From the NCBI GenBank assembly GCA_013152435.1, contig JAADGJ010000059.1, forward strand, positions 24,558 to 88,557: DNA of 64,000 nt. Reading direction: 5' to 3'. Below the pieces are notes generated by a model. That model saw only the letters and a list, made by a program, of their open reading frames with translations, was not told the origin of the DNA and did not search any database. A program made the position numbers and the translations under genes. This document shows positions 51,788 through 60,589 of the stretch, in pieces (position 1 is the first letter of the stretch; each line of letters opens with the position of its first letter). The stretch is from Chloroflexota bacterium. GTDB lineage: Bacteria > Chloroflexota > Anaerolineae > DUEN01.

Positions 51788-53631
51788 TTATCGACGGACA
51801 ACCGCCAGAGGGAAGAACTGTCGCGTGACTCCCACGAAGACATCGCCGATGGCCGTGTTGTTGTCCGGGTTGACGTCACCCTCTACGCCCACCAGCCGGG
51901 CATACACCTGGTAATATCCCGGCGAGAGGTTCCGCCATACGATCTCCGCCGTCGCGTCGGATCCCGGCTGCTTCTCGACGATGTCGATCATCGTGCCTCC
52001 GCCCTGCGGATCGCCATGCCAGAACTCCACGGTGAACCCGGTGTCGCTGCCGCGTCCGCCGAGGCTTTGGATCCGGACGCGCACGGGGACGTCGATGGGA
52101 GCCCCCGTGGGCGTGAGGGGCGGCAGCGCGCCGGCGCTGGGAGTGGTGATAGCCAGATCCAGGGGCAGATCCACAGTGGTAGAGAGCGTGTTGTTGTCCT
52201 CGTTGGGCTCCTCGATCTCCCGGCGCGCATCCACCTGGAAGGATATCGTGGCCCCCTGCACGTTCGCCCGGGACCATGTGATGACGGCAGAGGCGTTGCC
52301 CTGGTAGCGGCTAGGCACGCCGGGTATGCTCTTCTCCTTGATGAGGGTTCCCGTGCCCACCGGGCCATCCCAGAATCGCACCCGGAACAGGTCTGCGACG
52401 GTGTTCCCCCAATTCGTCACCGTGCCTCGTAACTCGAGTTGGGTGGGCTCGATGGCCCAGATGGGGGACTCCAGGACCCGGTAGGTCAGGGACACAGGTT
52501 CCAGGTCGACATAGGGGGTGACGAGCGGGGCGGTGTAGGCCGCATACGCCTCTCCCATGGGGGTGATCTGGCCGGTGTCCGGGTCAAAGAGGGCTCCCCA
52601 GGTCGTCCCCCAGCCGAAGCTGTTGTCGTCCAGGCTATACCAGGCCCAACGTTGCACCAGCCGATTATCGTCGTCTGGCATGCCCAGTTCGCTGTCTCGC
52701 GCGTTCAGGAAGTAATTGAAGGTGTTGTACATGTAATTCCGCACACGCTCGAAGTCGTAGCCCAGCTCCTCGTTGAACAGGATCCCGTACTCGGAGACGA
52801 TCAGTTCCTTTTTACGTTGTCCGTGGTTGCGCATCCAACGTCGGAAGCGCAGGACCTGATCCTGTAGCAGGTCCATACGGTCCAGGTCGCTGATCTCGAT
52901 CCACAGCCCACAGTTGGCATCGATGCCCGGCGGGATGTCCGCTCCCCAGGCTCCGAGCTCGCGTGCGCCCGGCGGGGCGCACTGCAACACCTCCTCCAGG
53001 GGCAGACCCGGCTTCAGCTCTCGCAACACGAAGGTGTGGATGTTCCACACGTCGACGGGCATCGTCTCCCCGTACAGGCGCTGGTATTCGTCCCACACCA
53101 TGTTCAGCCACTTCATGCGTAGCGGCGTGGCCTGGACGATGCCGCCGTTCGCGATCCGGGCCGTCGGATCGATGCTCTTGATCAGGTAGTAAAGTTCATG
53201 GTAGAGCTGGGCGTAGACGGTGGGGTGTACGCTGTCCTGGGTGTAGATGCGATCGGGCTCGTTGCCGATGAGCCACAGAGTGCCCGGGTTGTTGCGGACC
53301 GTCTCGACCAGAGCGTCGCCGTACGGGGAATAGGGAGTGTTACACGATCGGTACTGGCTATCGCACAGCCGGATGATCTGCACATATTCCAGGCCGGCCG
53401 GGTTCCTGGTGCGGGAGGTGGAACCCCAATTCACATACCATCCCGCGTGCAGCTTCCCCACGTCGAATCGACCGATGTCGGTGACGACGCCGAAGCCGAA
53501 ACGCTCGTTGGCGGATGGATAAAGCGTGCCTTGCTGTGTGCCTGTGTCGGCGAGGGCGGGAGTCCCTCCGCCGACGAGAAATCCCAGAATCGTTCCCAAT
53601 AAGAGAAGCGTCAGAGCCATCTGACGCATAG
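51788..53631 (-). CDS. secreted clan GH-A glycoside hydrolase with C-terminal CARDB-like domains
   Basis: The start is taken at MRQMALTLLLLG, a signal peptide. Acid/base motif WLIGNEPD and nucleophile motif IVSEYG define a GH-A TIM barrel. The C-terminal beta-domains carry NNT..V motifs. Confidence 0.6.
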
Positions 53632-53772
53632 GACTTACCTCGATGAAGAAGTGGTGATGACAAAGCAAATGTGGGGCACCCCGCGCGCCGGCGCCCCACA
53701 TCGCGTTTTTATATTTCGAAATCGGTAGAAATCGGGGTTGCCCGTTTAGTAGCACTCACCTCTTGGCCAACA

Positions 53773-54237
53773 TTACTTGCGGCGTGCCCGCATCCGCAAC
53801 CCCGCGTAGCCAGCCAGACCGGCCAGGCCGCTGCCCAGCATCAGGATCGTGGTCGGCTCGGGGATGATGGGGGGAGCCTGGAAGGTATCCCACGTGAACA
53901 CGCCTTCGGCGCATTCCGCGTAGATGGTGATCGTCTCATCCAGCTCGATCGGACGGAGCAGGTTGACGACGAAGTTGCCGTCTTGGTCTACAAGACCTGT
54001 ACCCAGCAGCACGCCATCGGGCCCACTGCCCGAGTAGATGTAGACGGTCACGTTGGCGCAACGGGTATCCAATTGCCCTCGAACCACCGTGTCGCCCTGG
54101 GTGGGTGGCGTGATATTCCCCGGGACGCTGGTGCTTGTGCCCTGCATCCAGGGGGCTGCCCACGCACCACCGAACGAGGAGAGCGCTAAGATGATGAGGA
54201 TCACTGCCGTGATGAGGATAGAAGCGCGTCGGAGCAT
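53773..54237 (-). CDS. PEP-CTERM sorting-domain protein (exosortase substrate)
   Basis: Signal peptide, then C-terminal PEP-TTILMLGSGLAGLAGYAGL-RMRARRK, a canonical PEP motif followed by a transmembrane segment and a basic tail. Confidence 0.75.
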   Translation of the reverse strand: MLRRASILITAVILIILALSSFGGAWAAPWMQGTSTSVPGNITPPTQGDTVVRGQLDTRCANVTVYIYSGSGPDGVLLGTGLVDQDGNFVVNLLRPIELDETITIYAECAEGVFTWDTFQAPPIIPEPTTILMLGSGLAGLAGYAGLRMRARRK

Positions 54238-54532
54238 TCTCCTTTCTCCTTTCTGACCTCGAAGCTAGGGTACTGTCATGGAAGATAGCTAGGGTGATGA
54301 TCGGGATAATGGAGTGTTTGCCGGGAGGATATACAGAACGGCGAGCGACCACCCCCCTTCCCCACCGATACCGGTACTCCATACCGGCGTTATGCTCATT
54401 TCAAGTTTGATGAAGTCGTGCCAAGTATAGCAGATTTCATTAGGATTGTCCAGTGCAAAACCCAGAAGATTTTGTAAAAAGCGTAAGGGAGAGAAGGTTA
54501 TCCTTTCAGCACGAGAGGCGATCTCATTGACG

Positions 54533-56122
54533 CTACAAGGCTCCATCCCCTCGCCACACGGCGAAGATCGTCCGCCAGAGGATGGCCAGATCGCGTCGTA
54601 GCGAGTAGTGATCGATGTAGTCCAGCTCCAACGCCAGGCGTTCGCTCAGGCTGAGACGGCCGCGGCCGTTCACCTGCATGGGGCCGGTCATGCCCGGCTT
54701 CACCGCCAGCCGCCGTCGCTGCTCGTCCGTGTAGAGGCGTACCAGTCGGGCCTCCTCCGGGCGTGGTCCAACCAGGCTCATCTCTCCCTTCAGCACGTTG
54801 ATGAATTGGGGGATCTCGTCCAGGCTCCAGCGGCGTAGCCAGCGCCCGACGCGCGTGACGCGGGGGTCCGGGGCGTCCTTGATCACGACCCGGTCCAGCT
54901 CCTCCGGGTTTTCCGGTTGGGGCGCGCTCCGCTCCGCCTCCGCGTACATGGTGCGCAGCTTGATCATGCGAAAGGGGCGTCCGTGCTCACCCACGCGCAC
55001 CTGGGTGTAGAAGATGGGGCCGGGCGAGTCCAGTCGGATCGCCAGCGCCAGGATCGGGAGGAGCGGCAGGGTGAGGATCAGGCCTGCCAGGGCGCCGACG
55101 ATGTCCATGAGCCGCTTGATGATCCGTTGCGATCCGGCGATGGCCGGACGCTGGGGCCCGGTGTAGCCGGCGAAGCGAATGGTGCCCACGGCCAGGCCAG
55201 CGCCCAGCGCCGCCGCCCGCACCAGCAGCATGGGCAGCGCGATCAGGGATACGGCGCGATCTCGACGCCAGGCGTGGCGGAGGAAGGGGATGGCGCTGAA
55301 CGCGAACAGCCCGAACGAGAGCAGGGCTATCCACCCGAGCGGCGGCCAGAGGATCGCCCCGGCCAGCCCCAGCCCGCCCAGTCCGAGCGTGACAATCTGG
55401 ACCTTCAGCGCCTGCGGGGTATGCGAGTCGCTCATCGCCTTCTCAGGCAGCCAGCGTAGCATCAACGCCTTCCAATAACCGATATGGTACTTGCGCCGGA
55501 AGTAGGCTGGGATGGAGGTTACGTGTTGGTGGTACACCTGTGCCTGGGGGACGAAGACCAGGCGATACCCTTTAGAGGCCAGGCGGAATGAGAGCTCCTG
55601 ATCCTCCACGGTGGGGGCCTGAAAGGTCGTGTCGAACCCCCCGTTCTCCAGGAGGACCGCGCGGCGGTACCCGGCCGAGTACGTGTCGATGAAGTCGATG
55701 CGCTCGCGGCCGGCCATGCGCGCGTAGCGCTCCTCGTACTCCACCTGGACGAAGCGGGCGATGAGCTCCCGCTGGCGGGTCAGGTACGTGCCCTTGGCGC
55801 CGACCACGCCTGGGTCCGCCAGCGCCTCCAACAGACTACGGGCCCAATGGGGCGTCGGCTCGCAGTCGGCGTCCGTGAAGAGGATGAGGTCGCCTTGCGC
55901 CGCCTCCAGCCCTGCGTTGCGGGCCGCGGCGGGCCCGCTGTGCGGGATTCGGATCGTTCGGGCGCCCATGGCCCTGGCGATCTCGGTCGTGTCGTCGGTC
56001 GAGCCGTCGTCGACCACGATGATCTCGTAGGTTTCGGCGGGGATGTCTTGGCGATGTAGCGCCTGCAGGCATCGTCTCAGAGTACGGCTGGCGTTGTATG
56101 CCGGGACCACGATGGTGACCAT
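54533..56122 (-). CDS. GT2-family glycosyltransferase fused to polyprenyl-phosphate sugar-1-phosphate transferase (EpsL/WbaP C-domain)
   Basis: The 907-aa listed ORF carries a spurious 378-aa N-terminal extension. The real start is MVTIVVPAYNAS, 3 nt after the upstream stop. The GT2 domain has DDGSTDDT and DAD motifs; after transmembrane segments the C-terminal domain has DSPGPIFY..R..MIKLRTM and SLVGPRP motifs. Confidence 0.75.
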   Translation of the reverse strand: MVTIVVPAYNASRTLRRCLQALHRQDIPAETYEIIVVDDGSTDDTTEIARAMGARTIRIPHSGPAAARNAGLEAAQGDLILFTDADCEPTPHWARSLLEALADPGVVGAKGTYLTRQRELIARFVQVEYEERYARMAGRERIDFIDTYSAGYRRAVLLENGGFDTTFQAPTVEDQELSFRLASKGYRLVFVPQAQVYHQHVTSIPAYFRRKYHIGYWKALMLRWLPEKAMSDSHTPQALKVQIVTLGLGGLGLAGAILWPPLGWIALLSFGLFAFSAIPFLRHAWRRDRAVSLIALPMLLVRAAALGAGLAVGTIRFAGYTGPQRPAIAGSQRIIKRLMDIVGALAGLILTLPLLPILALAIRLDSPGPIFYTQVRVGEHGRPFRMIKLRTMYAEAERSAPQPENPEELDRVVIKDAPDPRVTRVGRWLRRWSLDEIPQFINVLKGEMSLVGPRPEEARLVRLYTDEQRRRLAVKPGMTGPMQVNGRGRLSLSERLALELDYIDHYSLRRDLAILWRTIFAVWRGDGAL

Positions 56123-56124
56123 CC

Positions 56125-57174
56125 TCAGGCCTCCAGGCGCGAGACCGGCGTCCGATGGGATTGCAGACTGACCCACATCAGGCTGATGACGCCCAGGATG
56201 ATGAGCTGCACCACCACGATCAGATGCAACCACACGGCGAAGGCCAGCGCGTGCTCCCGTGGGATGCCGAATAGCCCCAGTCCCACCATGGCCAGGTAGT
56301 GGAAGATGCCGATCTTGGCAGGCGAGGAGGGGAGCGCACTGCCTGCCTGCAGGATCACCAGCAGGGCGATGGCGATGAGCGGTGAGGGGGGCAGGTTCAG
56401 CGCTCGCAGGAGCAACAGGTTCGTGCCTGCGGACAGCAGCCAGACGAGGATCGTCCATCCCAGCAGGGCGCCCATCTGAGGGGCGGAGTGAAGGGCCGCC
56501 AGCCCGGCGTGGGCGGCCTCCCATCCCCGGCTGAGAGGGGTTCCCCAGCGGCTGGGGAGGCGATCGAGCCCCCTCTGGATGAGGGGCTGCGCGCGCTCCA
56601 GGAACACGAGGGCGCCGATGAGGGCCAGGGTGAGCCCCACGGCGAGCGTGGCGAGCCCTCGTCCCCACGCGACCAGCCAGGAGGGCCATGCGATCGTGAG
56701 GAGGAGGCCGCTGAAGGTGACGAATAGCAGGATCAGGTCGGCCCACTTCTCTATGGCGATGGTGCTGAGGGAGAGGGCCTTGCTGTGCCCCTCCAGGCGC
56801 TCCAGGGCGTAGATGCGGGCGAGTTCCCCCAGCCGGGCGGGGATCAGCAGGTTCACCATCATGCCGATTAGCAGGGCGGGCGTCAGTGCCGCCAGGCTGG
56901 GACGCTCGCCCTCCTCTGGATAGAGCCCCCGCCAGCGGGCGGCCTTGGCCCCGACGGTGGCGACCACGGAGATGATGGCGAGGCCCGCCCAGGCCGGGTG
57001 GATGTCGCCTAGAGCCCGGGTTACCTGCCCGATATCGACCGTTCTCAGGGCCAGGTAAAGCGCTCCGCCGCTCAGGATCAGGCCGAACCAGAAGCGGCCG
57101 GCTCTTACTGCCTGGCCGGCCGCCGACGAGATGGTGAAAGGAAACGGAGATTCGTGATCCGGGTTGTGATCCAA
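56125..57174 (-). CDS. flippase-like / lysylphosphatidylglycerol-synthase TM-domain family membrane protein (UPF0104)
   Basis: Multi-transmembrane protein. The listed ORF's N-terminus (poly-Leu) is an artefact of the antisense Tyr-codon repeat. The start is uncertain; a TTG near 57174 with GGAGAAAC upstream is proposed. Confidence 0.5.
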   Translation of the reverse strand: MDHNPDHESPFPFTISSAAGQAVRAGRFWFGLILSGGALYLALRTVDIGQVTRALGDIHPAWAGLAIISVVATVGAKAARWRGLYPEEGERPSLAALTPALLIGMMVNLLIPARLGELARIYALERLEGHSKALSLSTIAIEKWADLILLFVTFSGLLLTIAWPSWLVAWGRGLATLAVGLTLALIGALVFLERAQPLIQRGLDRLPSRWGTPLSRGWEAAHAGLAALHSAPQMGALLGWTILVWLLSAGTNLLLLRALNLPPSPLIAIALLVILQAGSALPSSPAKIGIFHYLAMVGLGLFGIPREHALAFAVWLHLIVVVQLIILGVISLMWVSLQSHRTPVSRLEA

Positions 57175-57179
57175 GCTGA

Positions 57180-58859
57180 CTACTCTCTTTGTTTCTCCGG
57201 CCGTGAGGGCGGTTTGCGGAACCACCGTGTCGCGATGCTGCGCCACCCTCGCCCATCGGCCTGCAGGCTCCGCCGCCGTCGGTAGCCGTTCTCGCTCTCG
57301 GAGTAGTAATAATAGTAGTAGTAATAATAGTAGTAGCCGGATCGTCCCGTTGCGAGCTTGTTCAGCGCGACGCCCAGGATGTGAGCGCCCACGTTGGTCA
57401 GCTCCTGGCATGCGCGTTGCGCCAGCGGCTGACGCGTCTCCCCGGCGTCGATGACCAGGAGCACGCCGTCGAGCTGGCGGGCCAGCACGGCCGCGTCGGT
57501 CACCGCCAGGGCGGGAGGGCTATCGAAGACGAGGATGTCGGCCTCCTGTTGGAGGCGCTGGATCACGTCCTGCATGCGCTGGGACCCCAACAGCTCCGAC
57601 GGGTTGGGAGGCGTCGGGCCGCTGGTGAGGACCCACAGGTTTTCGACCTCGGTGGGCTGCAGATAGCCGTCCAGGATGGGATCCGCCCCGGTGAGCAGGG
57701 AGGTCGTCAGGCCCGCGGCGTTGGGCAGGCCGAAGAACTTATGCAGGATAGGACGCCGCAGGTCGGTATCGATCAGGATCACGCGCTGCCCTGTCTGGGC
57801 CATGACCACGGCCAGGTTCGCCGCGGTCGTGCTCTTGCCCTCGCTGGGGCTGGAGCTGGTCACCAGGAGCGTGCGGATGGGGCGATCGACGCTGGAGAAC
57901 TGGATGTTGGTGCGCAGGGTGCGGTAGGCCTCGGAGATGGGGGATTTCGGCTCGCTGTGCGTGATGAGCTGTTGCGCTCGGCCATCGGTGCGGATGCGAG
58001 CGATGGCGCCAAGTGTAGGCAGCCCCAGGATCTGGGAGACGTCGTCGGGCGTCTTGATCGTGTCGTCCAGGTACTCGATGAGGAAGACGCCGCCGATGGC
58101 GAGCATGGCTCCTACGATGGCGGCCAGGAGGGTGTTGAGCAGGACGCGCGGCCGCACCGGGTAGGTGGGCACCTCCGCGGGCTCTGAGATGACGATGTTG
58201 TTGATGGAGCGGGCCTCCGCCAGGCGGATCTCCTCGTAGCTTTGCAGCAGGTTGGAGTAGCTGTTGCGATATTGCGTCAGCGCGCTCTGGAGCCGATCGA
58301 GTTCAGCCTGTTGTGCCGGGGTCTCCGGCGTGCCCAGGCGGGTGATGGCCTCCTGGGTTTTTGCGATGTCCTGTTGGATCGCCTCGATCTCACGCGCCAG
58401 GTTCTCCTTGGAGCTGGCGAACCGTCCCAGTTGCATGCGCTCGTTGCGCTCCGCGAAGATGACCGGGATCATGTTGGCGATCTCGGCCGCCAGCTCTGGG
58501 TTCGGGCTCTCCACACTGAGGCGGATGAGCTGGGTGTCCCGCACCGGCTGCACGGAGATCTCCTTTGCCAGCTCGTTGGCCTCCATGGGCAGGCCAAGCC
58601 GCTCGATCACCTGCTCCAGCACGGGACGGGTCTTCAGCAGCTCGGCATATGTGCGTGCCAGCCGCTCGCTGGTGAGGATCGCGGTGTAATCGTTCAGATC
58701 GGGGTTTTGCGCCTCATTGATCAGCAGGGTCACGGAGGCTTGGTAAATAGGGGTACTGTTGCGGCTGACCCAGTATGCCGTGCCGCCGGCGAGGATCGTA
58801 CAAAGCAGGATAAGCCATAGCCACCGCCAGATGATGTTCGCGTATTGTCTGAGTTCCAT
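57180..58859 (-). CDS. Wzc-like polysaccharide co-polymerase / tyrosine autokinase (BY-kinase) with C-terminal 11-Tyr cluster
   Basis: Wzz-type periplasmic domain flanked by two transmembrane helices. Walker A SSSPSEGKSTTAANLA, Walker A' ILIDTDLRRP and Walker B ILVFDSPP. The tail reads GYYYYYYYYYYYSESENGY. Confidence 0.8.
   Translation of the reverse strand: MELRQYANIIWRWLWLILLCTILAGGTAYWVSRNSTPIYQASVTLLINEAQNPDLNDYTAILTSERLARTYAELLKTRPVLEQVIERLGLPMEANELAKEISVQPVRDTQLIRLSVESPNPELAAEIANMIPVIFAERNERMQLGRFASSKENLAREIEAIQQDIAKTQEAITRLGTPETPAQQAELDRLQSALTQYRNSYSNLLQSYEEIRLAEARSINNIVISEPAEVPTYPVRPRVLLNTLLAAIVGAMLAIGGVFLIEYLDDTIKTPDDVSQILGLPTLGAIARIRTDGRAQQLITHSEPKSPISEAYRTLRTNIQFSSVDRPIRTLLVTSSSPSEGKSTTAANLAVVMAQTGQRVILIDTDLRRPILHKFFGLPNAAGLTTSLLTGADPILDGYLQPTEVENLWVLTSGPTPPNPSELLGSQRMQDVIQRLQQEADILVFDSPPALAVTDAAVLARQLDGVLLVIDAGETRQPLAQRACQELTNVGAHILGVALNKLATGRSGYYYYYYYYYYYSESENGYRRRRSLQADGRGWRSIATRWFRKPPSRPEKQRE
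57303..57335 (-). repeat. AT-only codon tract (TAC/TAT)11 encoding poly-Tyr; 15-nt period TACTACTACTATTAT
   Basis: Plus strand reads gtagtaataatagta gtagtaataatagta gta; it is the only 33-nt run with 0% GC in the window. Confidence 0.8.
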
Positions 58860-58991
58860 GGGGTAGCCTGCGCTCCTTCTGTGTCAGTTTGATTGAGACA
58901 ACACCCTGATCTGGGTGCCCACCATCTGGATGCGCGAGACACCTGGAGCTCTCAACCCGTTGAGAGCTTCAAGGGGTCCGTGCGTATCCGT

Positions 58992-59735
58992 TTATTCCTG
59001 CAGTTTCGCTCGCACGATCACGCGATGGGTGTTCGTCCAGAAAGGCCAACAGGTGATCAACGTCAGGCTGGGCTCATCCGTGGGAGCCATCCATTGGGCG
59101 TTCTTCCGCCGTTCCTCCTCAGAGGCGCCGACTTCCTGTAACAGCAGGACCTGTTCCACTTGATACGTATAATCACGCCCGTCGGCCGTGTAGACCTGGA
59201 TCTCCGCTCCCGGGATCAGCCGGGGCTCCTTGCGATCGATATCCCGGCTGATCTGCTCGAAGACCTTTCCCTTGATATTATGGTGTCCGGAGATGACCAC
59301 GTTGCCGACCTGCCCCGGATTGGCGCTGTTGACGTGATGGCCGGCTGCGTAATCGGCGGTTTGCCACTCGCTGCGTCGTTCCTCGCCCTCCCCCACGATG
59401 TGCCATCCAACCTCTACGACGGGTACGTCGATGCCAAGCGCGGGGATCACCAGGCGTACCGGTGGGCTGTCAGGCGTCGGTGTGGGGGGGATATGGGATA
59501 CGCCCTCCTCTTGGATGGGCTTCGTTGGGACAGGGGTCGACGTTGCCTGTGGGCGCGGTGTAGAGGTCGCGTCGGTGACCTGCGAGACGGTCTCGGTGAC
59601 CGTGGGAAGTGCCTGCTCGGGCTCCTGCCGCGCACTGCATCCTACGATGATGCCCAAGAGCAACATGAGGCTGGCTGCAAGCAACCTTATCAATGGTAAG
59701 AATTGGTACGAGCGGATCTTTCGTATGATAGGCAT
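58992..59735 (-). CDS. sortase-family transpeptidase (class E/F-like)
   Basis: N-terminal transmembrane anchor, catalytic His (ISGHHNI), catalytic Cys TLxTC (SLTLITCWPF) and Arg (RVIVRA). Start taken at MPIIRK. Confidence 0.7.
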   Translation of the reverse strand: MPIIRKIRSYQFLPLIRLLAASLMLLLGIIVGCSARQEPEQALPTVTETVSQVTDATSTPRPQATSTPVPTKPIQEEGVSHIPPTPTPDSPPVRLVIPALGIDVPVVEVGWHIVGEGEERRSEWQTADYAAGHHVNSANPGQVGNVVISGHHNIKGKVFEQISRDIDRKEPRLIPGAEIQVYTADGRDYTYQVEQVLLLQEVGASEEERRKNAQWMAPTDEPSLTLITCWPFWTNTHRVIVRAKLQE

Positions 59736-59962
59736 CTGCTTTTTGGTGATGATCCCGCATCCCAGCCGGCGAACCCGTGTCCCGCTCTCTACAGTACATG
59801 TCAACGTGAATCGCAAAAGGCTACCAGCGTATGCTATTATATCCTAGCCAGAGCGAAAAGGCAATACGTTTGCTTACCTATGTGGGTGGACGTGATTTCC
59901 CCGTGCCGCTCGTTTTCCTGGCTCCCTCAAAGGTTTCCATCTTTTTTGGCTCGTGTGTGTTA

Positions 59963-60198
59963 GAGCGTGCCTGAGGATTTATCGGCAAGGTGTCTGAGGG
60001 GTCTCCCCCAACGACCCGCTCCACAGGGGGAGGTGTGGAGGGGACCTCCCCTCCACGGGAACCCCCTCGCTTTTCCGGCATGCACCTGCCTTTCTCGGTC
60101 CTTCCCAAGAGATCCAGGCCGAGGCCGGGCAGGTCGAAGGCAGGAGAAGGACTTTTTCCACCCCACAGCAGAAGCAACGGCGTTTCTCAGACACACTC
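59963..60198 (-). repeat. family-1 structured intergenic repeat, copy F (reverse orientation)
   Basis: Its reverse complement aligns end to end with copies A and B, with TIRs gagcgtgcctga / tcagacacactc. Confidence 0.7.
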
Positions 60199-60257
60199 TT
60201 CTTGATCTTCACGTGGTGAAAGAAACATGCGGGCCGCGTCATTCATTTCGGATAAGT

Positions 60258-60449
60258 GGGGGCAACCCACCGGGTCGCCCGTTGGTATCAGGTTAAGCGA
60301 TACGGAAGCGTGGCCCCACATCTCTGGGGTGGCTCGGAGGGGAAGCCCCTCCCCTTTCAGGTGTGACCGTCTGTGGAGGGAAAAGCGACGGCGGGGACCT
60401 CGCCCACGCTGTTCAGTTGATGCGAATAGGGCGACTCGCCAGGTCGCCC
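60258..60449 (+). repeat. family-2 structured intergenic repeat, copy G (core 60281-60427, flanked by GGGCAACCCACCGGGTCGCCC / GGGCGACTCGCCAGGTCGCCC)
   Basis: The core aligns with copies D and E, with loop indels in the internal GGAGGGG hairpin. It lies directly next to family-1 copy F. Confidence 0.7.
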
Positions 60450-60589
60450 TACAGAACCCTGCTATTTCCTGAAAACCAGGGTTCATACCATAGGTTGACG
60501 GATAGCACATTTGTTCTTATAATGAGGATGTAAGGATGGGTGACACAGAGGAGGGAGCTCGCGAGCAGGTGAGGTAGAGGGAGGATCGG

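Noticed and set aside
54533-57256. 907-aa minus-strand ORF suggesting one giant protein
   Set aside because: The first ~378 aa are Arg/Pro/Gly-rich with no domain content and run antisense or out of frame through the upstream flippase-like gene. The GT2 domain begins at an ATG placed 3 nt after the upstream stop (56120-56122).
56125-57411. Poly-Leu run (LLLLLLLLLLLLL) at the N-terminus of the ORF upstream of the flippase-like gene
   Set aside because: It is the reverse-complement, other-frame reading of the (TAC/TAT)11 tract of the kinase gene. The real start must lie below 57180.
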